64,000 nt of DNA from an uncultured delta proteobacterium (GTDB lineage: Bacteria; Myxococcota_A; UBA9160; SMWR01). This document shows, piece after piece, positions 28,969 to 38,248 of the stretch. The notes beneath the pieces are model-generated. The model was not told the origin of the DNA, did no database searches, and worked only from the letters and a program-made list of their open reading frames with translations. The translations under genes and the position numbers were made by a program. The stretch is from NCBI GenBank assembly GCA_963832165.1, contig CAWHTE010000007.1, forward strand, positions 64,001-128,000, in the 5' to 3' direction. Each line of letters starts with the position of its first letter. Positions within the stretch are counted from its first letter, which is position 1.

Positions 28969-30411
28969 ATGGCGCCGCCTCGACGCGACGTGAGCGCCTT
29001 CGAGACCGACATCCCCGCGCGCCTCGACCGGCTCGCGTGGAGCCGCTTCCACTGGCTCGTGGTCATAGCGCTCGGCGTGACCTGGGCACTCGACGGCCTC
29101 GAGGTCACGATCGTCGGCGCGCTCGGCAGCGTGCTCGAGGAGCCCGGCACGCTGGGCCTCTCCGCAACCCAGGTCGGGCTCGCCGGCACCGTCTACATCG
29201 CGGGCGCACTGATCGGTGCGCTGTTCTTCGGCCATCTCACCGATCGGCACGGCCGCCGACGGCTGTTCCTGATCACGCTCTCGCTCTACGTGATCGCGAC
29301 CAGCGCGACGGCGCTCTCGATCGATTTCTGGACCTTCGCCGCGTGCCGCTTCTTCACGGGCATGGGCATCGGCGGCGAGTACGCCGCGATCAACTCGGCG
29401 ATCGACGAGCTGATCCCCGCGCGCGCGCGCGGCTTCGTGGGTCTCGCGATCAACGGCAGCTACTGGCTCGGCACCGCGCTCGGCGCGGTACTCAGCGCAG
29501 TGCTGCTCGACCCGCGCGTGCTCGGGCACGAGGTCGGCTGGCGCGCCGCCTTCGGGCTCGGAGCGCTGCTCGCACTGGGGATCATGATCGTGCGGCGCTT
29601 CGTGCCGGAATCGCCGCGCTGGCTCATGGTGCGCGGGAGACACGTCGAGGCGGAAGCGATCGTCGCAGCGATCGAGGCGGGCTGCGCAGCGCGCGAGGAT
29701 GCCACGACGCCGGCGCGGATCCGGATCGCGCCGCTCGAACGCGTCGGCTTTCGCGTGATCGCGCGCGTGATCCTCTCTCACTACCGCTCGCGTGCAGTGC
29801 TGGGCCTCGTGCTGATGATCTCGCAGGCATTCTTCTACAACGCGATCTTCTTCACCTACGGGCTCACGCTCACGCACTTCTACGCCGTCCCCGACGAGCG
29901 CGTGGGCGCGTATCTCCTGCCGTTCGCGCTGGGCAACTTCCTGGGCCCGCTGCTGCTCGGGCGCCTGTTCGATTCGATCGGGCGAAAGCCGATGATCTCG
30001 TTCACGTACGGGATGAGCGGGATTCTGCTGCTGCTGACCGGGATCGGCTTCGTGCGCGGCGCGCTCGACGCGCAGACGCACACCATGCTCTGGTCGATCT
30101 CGTTCTTCTTCGCCTCGGCCGCCGCGAGCTCCGCCTATCTCACCGTGAGCGAGCTGTTTCCGCTCGAGATCCGCGCGATGGCGATCGCGCTGTTCTACGC
30201 GGTCGGCACCGGAATGGGTGGACTCGTAGCGCCGACGCTGTTCGGGGCACTGATCGAGTCGGGGAGCCGCCACGACCTGTTTCTGGGCTACGTGCTGGCG
30301 TCGGTGCTGATGCTGTTGGCCGCTCTGACCGTACTCGTGCTCGGCGTGGCCGCGGAGCGCCGCCCGCTCGAGGACATCGCGCTGCCGCTCTCCATCTACA
30401 AGGGGGATTGA
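28969..30411 (+). CDS. MFS transporter (sugar porter-like)
   Basis: LTDRHGRRRL motif A, GGEYAAINSAIDE, PESPRWL, SELFPLEIRA; about 12 hydrophobic segments. Confidence 0.92.
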   Translation: MAPPRRDVSAFETDIPARLDRLAWSRFHWLVVIALGVTWALDGLEVTIVGALGSVLEEPGTLGLSATQVGLAGTVYIAGALIGALFFGHLTDRHGRRRLFLITLSLYVIATSATALSIDFWTFAACRFFTGMGIGGEYAAINSAIDELIPARARGFVGLAINGSYWLGTALGAVLSAVLLDPRVLGHEVGWRAAFGLGALLALGIMIVRRFVPESPRWLMVRGRHVEAEAIVAAIEAGCAAREDATTPARIRIAPLERVGFRVIARVILSHYRSRAVLGLVLMISQAFFYNAIFFTYGLTLTHFYAVPDERVGAYLLPFALGNFLGPLLLGRLFDSIGRKPMISFTYGMSGILLLLTGIGFVRGALDAQTHTMLWSISFFFASAAASSAYLTVSELFPLEIRAMAIALFYAVGTGMGGLVAPTLFGALIESGSRHDLFLGYVLASVLMLLAALTVLVLGVAAERRPLEDIALPLSIYKGD

Positions 30412-30449
30412 CCGGGCGCCTCGATCCGATCGGCTAAGCTGGTCGCGCC

Positions 30450-31037
30450 ATGACGCCCCGCGCTTATTTCCTCGCGATCGCGCTGTTCGGGATCGCTCTG
30501 TCCTCGAGCCGTGTCGGTGCCGCCACCGACGACATCAAGACCTGGACCGAGACGGAGAACGGAAACGACGCTCCCAGCTACTTCGCAGAGGGCATTGTCA
30601 ACGCACCGCCGTCGGCCGTGTGGGATCTCGTCTCACACTGCACCGACTACGTGAGGAACATGCCCCGCATCGCCGCGAGCAAGGAGCTGTCGCGCTCGGG
30701 CGACGAATCCTCGGAGTTCACCGCGGTGTGCGAAGTGACGGCGGACGTGCCGTTTCCGTTCTCGGACCTCACGAGCGTGAGTCGGGCCACGATGACCGTC
30801 GACGCACAGAACGGAAGCTACATGCGCGTGTGGGAGTTGATCCGCGGCGATTACGAGGTCAACGAGGGCAGCTGGCGTCTGGTCGCCGTCGAAGGCGGCG
30901 CGAAGACGAAGGTGACCTACCGGATCCACGCGAAGCCCAAGCTGCCGCTGCCGAAGAGCCTGATCGAGAGCTCGCAGCGGACCGCACTGCCGCAGGTGAT
31001 CCAGCGCCTGCGAGACCGCACGTCACAGCAGCCCTGA
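30450..31037 (+). CDS. SRPBCC/START (polyketide cyclase-like) lipid-binding protein with signal peptide
   Basis: VNAPPSAVWDLV, VPFPFSD, NEGSWRL, TKVTYRIHAKP. Confidence 0.75.
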   Translation: MTPRAYFLAIALFGIALSSSRVGAATDDIKTWTETENGNDAPSYFAEGIVNAPPSAVWDLVSHCTDYVRNMPRIAASKELSRSGDESSEFTAVCEVTADVPFPFSDLTSVSRATMTVDAQNGSYMRVWELIRGDYEVNEGSWRLVAVEGGAKTKVTYRIHAKPKLPLPKSLIESSQRTALPQVIQRLRDRTSQQP

Positions 31038-31058
31038 GCGCGGCACCGGGGAGATGCC

Positions 31059-31859
31059 ATGGCAGGCAGAGAGAAACGGACCCTTTTCCAGCGGCTGAAG
31101 AACAACGTCCGCCGCGAGCTCTCGCGTCCGTTCCAGCCGCGGAAGCGCCCCGAGGTCCACCGCGAAGAGGAGGTCGTGGACCTCGTGGAGTTCACGGGTC
31201 TGCCGCGTGACACCGTGATCGAGTACCTGCGCCGCGACCGCGGCCGCCGGATCAGCGACGAGCACGGATGGGTGCGCCCGCGCGAGGCGCGCGAGTACGG
31301 TTGGTTCTATCGCGGCAGCCGCGTCTACCTGTTCAGCGGCGACTCGGAGCCGTGGGCGCGCGCGCTCGAGCAGGCGGCCCCCGGCATGCGCGTGCTCGAC
31401 TTCGGCGGTGGTAGCGGACGCACTTCGATCGCCCTCGCGCGCAAGGGAGCCAAGGTGTTCTACGTCGACCTCTCGGTGATGAACGCCGGGTTCATGGCGT
31501 TCCGGGCGCGGAAGCACGGGCTCGACATCACCGTGATCGATCCGATCGTCGAGGACGCGGGGGTCTGGCGCATCGATACGGCCGAGGCCGCGCGCCGCGT
31601 GGGCGGCTTCGACCTCGTGATCGCAGACAACGTGCTCGAGCACGTCGTCGACTATCACCTCGCCGTCGAGAAGCTGGGCGCCGCGCTCACGCCGGGCGGC
31701 CGACTGCTCGAGTGCACCCCGTTCAAGCGCGAGAAGTCCTATCTGTTCGGCGGCCCCGCTCCCTGGGACGTGCACCTGCCGCCGACCATGCCGATGGCGG
31801 AGGCCACACGGCGCGCCGGCCTCGAGCCCGCGGGTGACGGGCTCTGGGAGCGGCCCTAG
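31059..31859 (+). CDS. Class I SAM-dependent methyltransferase
   Basis: RVLDFGGGSG motif I; FDLVIADNVLEHV; LTPGGRL. Confidence 0.85.
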   Translation: MAGREKRTLFQRLKNNVRRELSRPFQPRKRPEVHREEEVVDLVEFTGLPRDTVIEYLRRDRGRRISDEHGWVRPREAREYGWFYRGSRVYLFSGDSEPWARALEQAAPGMRVLDFGGGSGRTSIALARKGAKVFYVDLSVMNAGFMAFRARKHGLDITVIDPIVEDAGVWRIDTAEAARRVGGFDLVIADNVLEHVVDYHLAVEKLGAALTPGGRLLECTPFKREKSYLFGGPAPWDVHLPPTMPMAEATRRAGLEPAGDGLWERP

Positions 31860-32086
31860 GTCCTGCCCGCGCGCACTTCGTCTCTCACCTGGCGCAGCAT
31901 CACGGTGATCACGAAGAGCATCACGATGGCGGCGAACTCGAGCAGTCGCCCCGGTGCGTAGGTACCGCGCAGAATCGTGTATTGGAAGAAGTTCGCGACC
32001 CATTCGGCCACGGCGAGCGTCACGAGCAGCGCCGCGACCGCCGTGCTTCCGCGAGCGATCAGTGAAGTGAGACGGTCGAGATCCAT
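31856..32086 (-). CDS. Small two-TM membrane protein
   Basis: 76 aa, AAGGAAGGA RBS, two hydrophobic helices. Confidence 0.6.
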   Translation of the reverse strand: MDLDRLTSLIARGSTAVAALLVTLAVAEWVANFFQYTILRGTYAPGRLLEFAAIVMLFVITVMLRQVRDEVRAGRT

Positions 32087-32111
32087 GGTTCCTTCCTTGC
32101 TCGGGGGGAGC

Positions 32112-32396
32112 TCATTTCCGCGGGATCTTCATCACCAGCGGGAGCGTCCCGAGAGCGACGTTGACCCGCACACCGACGATCGTCTGATCCGGTTGCACGA
32201 ACCACATCATCTGGCTGTACGGCTGGTCCGGGATCGGAGCCACGGAGATCAAGTTGCCGTACTCGAGCGGAATCGAGTCGAATCCGCCCGGCGTCCTCTC
32301 GAACCGCAAGGGCCCCCGGTCCTGCGTCGTCTCCAGGGGCTGACAGGCAGCGCACATCAAGGCGATCACAACGGCTGACAACAGGCTTCTGATCAC
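32112..32396 (-). CDS. Small predicted lipoprotein
   Basis: GAGGAGG RBS; hydrophobic signal ending in ...MCAAC (lipobox-like); IPLEYGNLISV...MWF. Confidence 0.6.
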   Translation of the reverse strand: MIRSLLSAVVIALMCAACQPLETTQDRGPLRFERTPGGFDSIPLEYGNLISVAPIPDQPYSQMMWFVQPDQTIVGVRVNVALGTLPLVMKIPRK

Positions 32397-32567
32397 GAAC
32401 GTCCCTCCTCGCGGCGTGGGACGAGCGGTGGCCCCTCGAGTTAGGTCAGGGGAGCACCTCGCGTCGCTCGGATGGCGCGATCATATACCCGGGCGGTCGA
32501 GAAGTGGAAGCCCGTTCTGCCAGCGCGAGGGCGAGCTGGGGCCCATCACCCTGCTCCTTCGGGTGCG

Positions 32568-32596
32568 AATAGCGGGGAAATAGCGCCGGAATAGCG
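32568..32596. promoter_or_regulatory. Three AATAGCG direct repeats with 11-bp period
   Basis: AATAGCG at 32568, 32579 and 32590 in the intergenic region upstream of the minus-strand lipoprotein gene. Confidence 0.5.
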
Positions 32597-32621
32597 CGTG
32601 CCTAAGCCCCTGATGTGCCGG

Positions 32622-34046
32622 CTAACGCGCCCGGTGAACCACTCCCTCCGCGGCCGCCTGGAGCTCTTCGAACGCGCCGTGGATCTGCTCGCAGAGCGCC
32701 TGCACGTCGGGCACGAGATCGGGATCGACCGTGAAGCCGAACTCCATCTTCCCCATGTACGAGACGACCGTGGCGTTCAGGCCCTGGCCCGCCGAGAGCA
32801 CCGACATCGGGTACATCGACTCCATGCGCGCACCCGCCGTGTAGAGCGGGATCGGCGTGCCGCGCACGTTCGATACCACGAGGTTTCCGGGCAGCGGCAC
32901 GCTGTCGGGTGCGAGCGCCACCGCGCCCATGAGCAAGCCCACCAGACCCGGCGCAAAGCTCTCCGCCACCGCGGTGAGCACGTCGAAGCTGCCCGCGACG
33001 CTCTCCTTCGACCGCACCGAGTTCTTCGCGATCCGGCGCAGCCGGTCCGCGGGGTCCTCGAGATCGGTCGCGAGAGAGACCGGCATCATCGTGATCTGGT
33101 TGTTCAGCGACTTGTCTTCCTGCGCGCGCAGCGAGACCGGGCACACCGCGACGAGCGGCCGATCGGGCAGCTCACCTTTCGCGCGCAGCCAGCGGCGCAG
33201 CGCACCGCCGATCACCTCGAGCACGACGTCGTTCAGGGTCACGTCGAAGTGCTTCTTGACGGCCTTGAGCTCCTCGAGGTCGAGCGAGGCACACGCGAAG
33301 TTGCGGCGCGGGCCGACGAGCTTGTTGAACGAGAGGGGCGGGACGTCGCTCCAACCCGGCGGCGCGAACTCGCGGTCTCCGCTCGGCCACCACGAGGACG
33401 CGATCGCGCGCGCTCCCGTCGCGAGATGCTGGACGCGCTTGCCCTGGCGCTCGAGCGCGTTGCGCGCGGCGCGCACGGCGATTCCGAGGCTGCTCGGAGC
33501 TTCGGGCCTTCCCTCCTTCATGATGTCGGGGACGATCGGCGGCCGCGTCGCGTCGGGAGAGAGGTCCGTGAGCACCTCGGCGAGGCCGACGCCCGCCTGG
33601 CCGTCCATCAGGCAGTGATGGTTCTTCATGAACATCGCCACCTTGCCGTCGGCGAGGCCCTCGATGTACCAGACCTCCCAGAGCGGTCGCGAGCGATCGA
33701 GCGGACGCGCGAACAGGTGTCCCGCGAGCTCACCGAGCTCCTTCATGCCGCCCGGCGAGGGCACCGCGATCCGATGCACGTGCTTGCGCACGTCGAAGTC
33801 GGTGCACTCCACCCAGTACGGGCGATCGAGCCCGAGCGGCACCTCGAGCAGCTTCCAACGGAAGCGCGGAACGAGCACGAGCCGCTCCTCGATCGAACGC
33901 ACGAGCTTCTCGTATCCGAAATCGGGCGCGCCGGTCGGATCGAGCAGCGTCATTCCGCCGACGTGACCCCAGGTGGTGTCGGTCTCGGTGGAGAGGAAGA
34001 CGGCATCGCCGTCGGGGAGCTGCTTCACGGTGGTCTCGGTGGTCAT
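32622..34046 (-). CDS. Wax ester synthase / diacylglycerol acyltransferase (WS/DGAT)
   Basis: LDRSRPLWE, HHCLMDG catalytic motif, TLNDVVL, NLVVSNVRG, GLNATVVSY. Confidence 0.93.
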   Translation of the reverse strand: MTTETTVKQLPDGDAVFLSTETDTTWGHVGGMTLLDPTGAPDFGYEKLVRSIEERLVLVPRFRWKLLEVPLGLDRPYWVECTDFDVRKHVHRIAVPSPGGMKELGELAGHLFARPLDRSRPLWEVWYIEGLADGKVAMFMKNHHCLMDGQAGVGLAEVLTDLSPDATRPPIVPDIMKEGRPEAPSSLGIAVRAARNALERQGKRVQHLATGARAIASSWWPSGDREFAPPGWSDVPPLSFNKLVGPRRNFACASLDLEELKAVKKHFDVTLNDVVLEVIGGALRRWLRAKGELPDRPLVAVCPVSLRAQEDKSLNNQITMMPVSLATDLEDPADRLRRIAKNSVRSKESVAGSFDVLTAVAESFAPGLVGLLMGAVALAPDSVPLPGNLVVSNVRGTPIPLYTAGARMESMYPMSVLSAGQGLNATVVSYMGKMEFGFTVDPDLVPDVQALCEQIHGAFEELQAAAEGVVHRAR

Positions 34047-34108
34047 CGGAGATTCTCCTGATTGGAACCTTTGGATGAAATTCACTTCGCGCTCGATGCG
34101 CGCGTGGC

Positions 34109-35902
34109 CTAGAAGCGCAGCGCGCCGGACGCGATGCGCGCGTGGACATGCGCGTCGAGCCGTTGATAGGCGCGGCTCTCGTCGTCGCGGTAGAAGATCG
34201 GATCCGACGTCGACGCCGGGTCGAAGCCCTGCTTCTGGAGCTCGACCTTGCGCAGCTTGAACGTTCCCGTGACGTCGGGTGCAACCCACATGCGCACGAA
34301 CGCGGGCCGCGCATAGGCGGGAAGCTCGCGCTCGACGCGCGCGTACAGGCTCGCGCCGTCGATCGCTGCTTCGGGGTCGAGCACCACCGCGGCCATGCCC
34401 GCGCGGCCCTCGGCACCGGGCACCGCAACGCCGTACGCGGCGCACATCGCCACTCCGGGCTCGCCGCCGACGGCCTCGGCCACCTGCTGGGTGGAGACGT
34501 TCTCGCCCTTCCAGCGGAAGGTGTCGCCAATCCGATCGACGAAGTAGTAGTAGCCGTCGGCGTCGCGCGAGAGCAGGTCGCCGGTGCGGAACCACGCGTC
34601 GCCCGGCTCGAAGACGTCGCGCAGGATCTTCTTCTCGGTGGCTTCGCGCGATGTATAGCCCTCGAAGCGCCCGGCCGCGGTGCGACCGGCCTCGGCGATC
34701 CGGCCGATCAGCTCGCCGGGCTCCCCGATCTCGCACGGCACGCAGCGACCCGCCGCGTCGCGCAGCGGCGCGTCGGCATCCACGTCGAAGCGCACGAGCG
34801 ACACCTGGGTCCCGGGCGCGGCCTTGCCGACCGACCCGGGCCGCCCCGCGAAGTTCACCATCGAGACGTTCCCCTCGGTGGCTCCGTAGAACTCGACGAT
34901 GCGCGGCACCGCGAAACGCTGCTGGAAGGTCTCCCAGACGTCGGGCCGCAGTCCGTTGCCGAGCGCGAAGCGCAGCGAGTGGGCGCGCTCCTTCGGATGC
35001 GGCGGCTGATTCACGAGGTAGCGGCACAGCTCGCCGATGTACTGGAAGGCCGTCGCGCCGCTGTCGACGATGTCGTCCCAGAACCGGCGCGCGCTGAACC
35101 TGCGCGCGAGCGCGAGCGTTGCGCCGCTGCGCAGCACCGCGTTCACGCACACCACGCCGCCCACCGTGTGGTAGAGCGGGAGCGCGCAGTAGAGCACGTC
35201 GCTGTCCGAGAGCCCCGCGAGCAGCGCGTAGGTACCACCCGCGACGAAACGGCTGTGGCTGAAGCGCGCCGCCTTGGGCAGACCCGTGGTGCCCGAGGTG
35301 TAGATGTAGAAGAGCGGGTCGCCGCCGCGCAGATCCGCGCGCACGCTCCGCGGCGGATCGTGGCGCGAGAATCCCGCCGACTCCTCGTCAAGCGACTTCG
35401 CGTGGGGCGGAAGCTCCAGCCCCTCACGGCCGGGATCGGCGAGCGCGAACAGATCGACGGCGGGCGCATCCACCCCGAGCGACTGCCACGCGTCCGCGCA
35501 TTCGGCGCCGAGCACGACCGCGCCACAGCCCGCCGTGCGCACGCTGTGCGCGAGCGCCTCGCCGCGCAGATTCGTGTTCAGCAGCGCCGTCGTGACGCCC
35601 GCCTTCGCAAGACCCATCCACACGGCGATGTACTCGGGCCGGTTCTCCATGAGCAGCGCCACGACGTCGCCCTTGCGGAGCCCGCGCGCGAGCGCCCAAT
35701 GCGCGAAGCGATTCGCCTGCGCGTTGAGCTCGCCGTAGCTCGTTACGCGGCCCTCGAAACGGACGAACGGCGCGTCGGGGCGGCGGCGGCACTGGCGCTC
35801 GAGCAGATCGGCCGCGGTGAAGCGGCGGCTCGGTCCCGCGCGCAGCAGGTCGGGCAGCAGGCGCAGCGCGCGGCCGAAGACGAGGAGATCGGAGCTCGAC
35901 AT
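34109..35902 (-). CDS. Long-chain acyl-CoA synthetase (FATP/FadD6-like)
   Basis: YIYTSGTTGLPKAA, FQYIGELCRYL, EFYGATEGN, DRIGDTFRWKGENVST. Confidence 0.93.
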   Translation of the reverse strand: MSSSDLLVFGRALRLLPDLLRAGPSRRFTAADLLERQCRRRPDAPFVRFEGRVTSYGELNAQANRFAHWALARGLRKGDVVALLMENRPEYIAVWMGLAKAGVTTALLNTNLRGEALAHSVRTAGCGAVVLGAECADAWQSLGVDAPAVDLFALADPGREGLELPPHAKSLDEESAGFSRHDPPRSVRADLRGGDPLFYIYTSGTTGLPKAARFSHSRFVAGGTYALLAGLSDSDVLYCALPLYHTVGGVVCVNAVLRSGATLALARRFSARRFWDDIVDSGATAFQYIGELCRYLVNQPPHPKERAHSLRFALGNGLRPDVWETFQQRFAVPRIVEFYGATEGNVSMVNFAGRPGSVGKAAPGTQVSLVRFDVDADAPLRDAAGRCVPCEIGEPGELIGRIAEAGRTAAGRFEGYTSREATEKKILRDVFEPGDAWFRTGDLLSRDADGYYYFVDRIGDTFRWKGENVSTQQVAEAVGGEPGVAMCAAYGVAVPGAEGRAGMAAVVLDPEAAIDGASLYARVERELPAYARPAFVRMWVAPDVTGTFKLRKVELQKQGFDPASTSDPIFYRDDESRAYQRLDAHVHARIASGALRF

Positions 35903-35911
35903 GGTTTCCTC

Positions 35912-37357
35912 TCAGGCGGCGCGCGCCGCAAGTTTCTCGCAGCGAGCCGAAGGCGAGCGAAGACCAGAAGACTCGTGGCTCGCGGCCTTCACCAGCTCTT
36001 CGAACGCATCCGCGACGTAGCGCGAGAGACGCGGCAGGTCGGGCACCGCGCGCGCACACGCGTAGAAGCCGAAGTTCAGCTGTCCGCCGTAGCTCCATAC
36101 CGTGGTGTTGAGTCCGGCGGAGAATTTCATGTGACCCACGGAGACGAAGTTCTCGACCACACCCCAGGGCCCCGTGAGCGGCTCGGCCGGTCCACACACG
36201 TTCGAGATCGCGCAGCCGCCCGGGAAGTTCGGGATCCAACGCACATAGGCGCGCATGAACCCGCTGAGCGACTTGATCGCGAACGGCGGCAGCCAGCGGA
36301 GCCAGTCTTCGAGATGCGCGCCCTCGCGCAATCGCAGCTCTTCCTTCGCGCGCGCGGTCTCGTGCTGAACCGCGCGCAGCCGCGCGATCGGATCTGCGAT
36401 CTGCGTCGGGAGGTCGAGCGGGCGGGTCGTGACGCGGTTCCCCCAGAGCAGCTCCTCGTCTGCGCGGCGGATCGACGCGGGCATGAACGCGCGCGTGGGC
36501 AGGCCCGGCAGCGCGCCGCGCTCGAGCAGCCAGCGCCGCACGCCTCCTGCCACCGAGGCGACCACGACGTCGTTGATCGTGCCGCCGAGCTGCTGGCGGA
36601 TCTCGCGCGCGGTCGCGAGCGGGGTCGTGAAGTAGTGGAATGCACGCCGCCGAGAGAGCGGACCACCGAGCGGATGGTGCGGACCCCGCAGAGCATCCGG
36701 ACTCGGCTCCGCTGCGATGGAATCGCCCTCGCGAGCGGCGGCCACGCGCGCGCGCGCGTTGGAGGTCGCGCGCACGAGCGACGGAATGTGGTGGACGGTC
36801 CCGCGCCAGAGATCGCGCAGCGCGTGCTTGATCAGGGTCCAGCGCGAGGGAAGCGCTCGAGGGGCGGCCGCGTTGGACTCGACCGCGGGCTCGGGCATGT
36901 GCAGCAGCTCGAGCAGGCGCCGGCTCGCCGAGCCGTCCGCGAGCGCGTGGCTGATCTTGAGCACCGCGACGATGCCGCCCTCGTATCCCTCGAGCCACCA
37001 CAGCTCCCAGAGCGGGCGGTCGGGGTCGAGCGGAACGGACACGATCTGCGAGATCGCTTCACAGAGCTCGTCGCGTCCGCCGGGAGCCGCAACCGCGGCG
37101 CGCCGGAGATGCCAGTCGAGGTCGAGAGCGGGGTCCGCGACCCATACCGGGTGGTGCAGATCGAACGGCACGCGCAGCGCGCGCCACTGCAGCGGCTCGA
37201 GCGATGCGACGCGGCGCGCGAGATCGCGGCGCGCAGACTCGAAGCTCCACACCGCGCTCGCGCGCTCGGAGAGGAACGAGATCTTGAGCGTGTGCTGGGG
37301 CTCTTCGGGCCGCTCGTCGTAGATGAACTGGGCGTCGTGGCCCGACATTCGCTGCAC
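35912..37357 (-). CDS. WS/DGAT family acyltransferase (second copy)
   Basis: LDPDRPLWE, KISHALADG variant motif, TINDVV, SNVCGP, GLNTTVWSY. Confidence 0.9.
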   Translation of the reverse strand: MQRMSGHDAQFIYDERPEEPQHTLKISFLSERASAVWSFESARRDLARRVASLEPLQWRALRVPFDLHHPVWVADPALDLDWHLRRAAVAAPGGRDELCEAISQIVSVPLDPDRPLWELWWLEGYEGGIVAVLKISHALADGSASRRLLELLHMPEPAVESNAAAPRALPSRWTLIKHALRDLWRGTVHHIPSLVRATSNARARVAAAREGDSIAAEPSPDALRGPHHPLGGPLSRRRAFHYFTTPLATAREIRQQLGGTINDVVVASVAGGVRRWLLERGALPGLPTRAFMPASIRRADEELLWGNRVTTRPLDLPTQIADPIARLRAVQHETARAKEELRLREGAHLEDWLRWLPPFAIKSLSGFMRAYVRWIPNFPGGCAISNVCGPAEPLTGPWGVVENFVSVGHMKFSAGLNTTVWSYGGQLNFGFYACARAVPDLPRLSRYVADAFEELVKAASHESSGLRSPSARCEKLAARAA

Positions 37358-37399
37358 GATCGATTCACCTGGGGGAGTAGGGGGTAGGCGAATAGGAAA

Positions 37400-37473
37400 A
37401 TATTGATTATCTTTACGATAGTCAATATACGCAAACGGATTAATTTTAGTTTCCTCAGTAAATTATCAGGAAA
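37400..37473. promoter_or_regulatory. AT-rich divergent promoter with inverted repeats (candidate TetR operators)
   Basis: ATATTGATTATC-N5-GATAGTCAATAT (37400-37428, one mismatch) and TTTCCT-N12-AGGAAA (37450-37473), between WS/DGAT and TetR. Confidence 0.7.
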
Positions 37474-37601
37474 TCTAGCGACCCCCGGGGTATGGCGGAT
37501 CGTCCCCGGGCTTTCTACGGATACGCCCGGGATTGTTCTTGCGAACCCGCCGCGTCAGCGAGAAAATCCCTGTTACGGGTTGGAGAGGTTGGATATCCCC
37601 A

Positions 37602-38243
37602 ATGAAGAAGAAGAATTCGAATCTCGAGGCCGCGCGGTCGCGGATGTATCACGACCTGATCTTCGAGTGCGCCGAGCGCGTATTCGCGGAGAAGGGCTTC
37701 GACGAGAGCACGATGCAGGACGTGGCCTCCGAGGCCGGCATCTCGCTCAAGACGCTCTACGCCACGTTCCCGGGCAAGAACGAGATCTGGACCGAGATCC
37801 AGGCCGTGCGCGGGCTGGCCTTCCTCGAGCGCGTGCGCGGCAGCGACGGCGAAGCCTCCGCGATCGAGAAGCTCGAGGCCGGGCTGCGCGCTTTCGTGAC
37901 CTTCCTGCTCGAGCACGACGCCTATCGGCGGATCCTGCTGCGCGAAGGGCACGCCTGGGGGCTCGATCCCAATACCGAGAACACCCGCGAGCACTGGCGC
38001 GCCGGCACGGGCTACGTGGCCGCGATCGTGCGCCAGGGAATCGAGGAAGGCGTGTTCCACAAGGGCGACCCCGAGCTGCTCGCAGCGTCCGTGACCGCCG
38101 TGATGCAGGTCCAGCTCGGAGGCCGCTTGTTCGCTTCCGCGAATCAACCCGACGCGGAGGAGATCGTGAGCGGTACGCTCGAGCTCCTGCGCCGGATGCT
38201 ATGCGTGAACCCGGAGCCGACCCAGGCGCGCCGGGTGGCGTGA
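37602..38243 (+). CDS. TetR/AcrR family transcriptional regulator
   Basis: AERVFAEKGFDESTMQDVASEAGISLKTLYATFPGK HTH. Confidence 0.93.
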   Translation: MKKKNSNLEAARSRMYHDLIFECAERVFAEKGFDESTMQDVASEAGISLKTLYATFPGKNEIWTEIQAVRGLAFLERVRGSDGEASAIEKLEAGLRAFVTFLLEHDAYRRILLREGHAWGLDPNTENTREHWRAGTGYVAAIVRQGIEEGVFHKGDPELLAASVTAVMQVQLGGRLFASANQPDAEEIVSGTLELLRRMLCVNPEPTQARRVA

Positions 38244-38248
38244 GCTCG

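Noticed and set aside
32397..32560. Riboswitch upstream of the small lipoprotein gene
   Set aside because: GC-rich hairpins can be drawn, but no known aptamer consensus is recognisable. It would need a covariance-model search.
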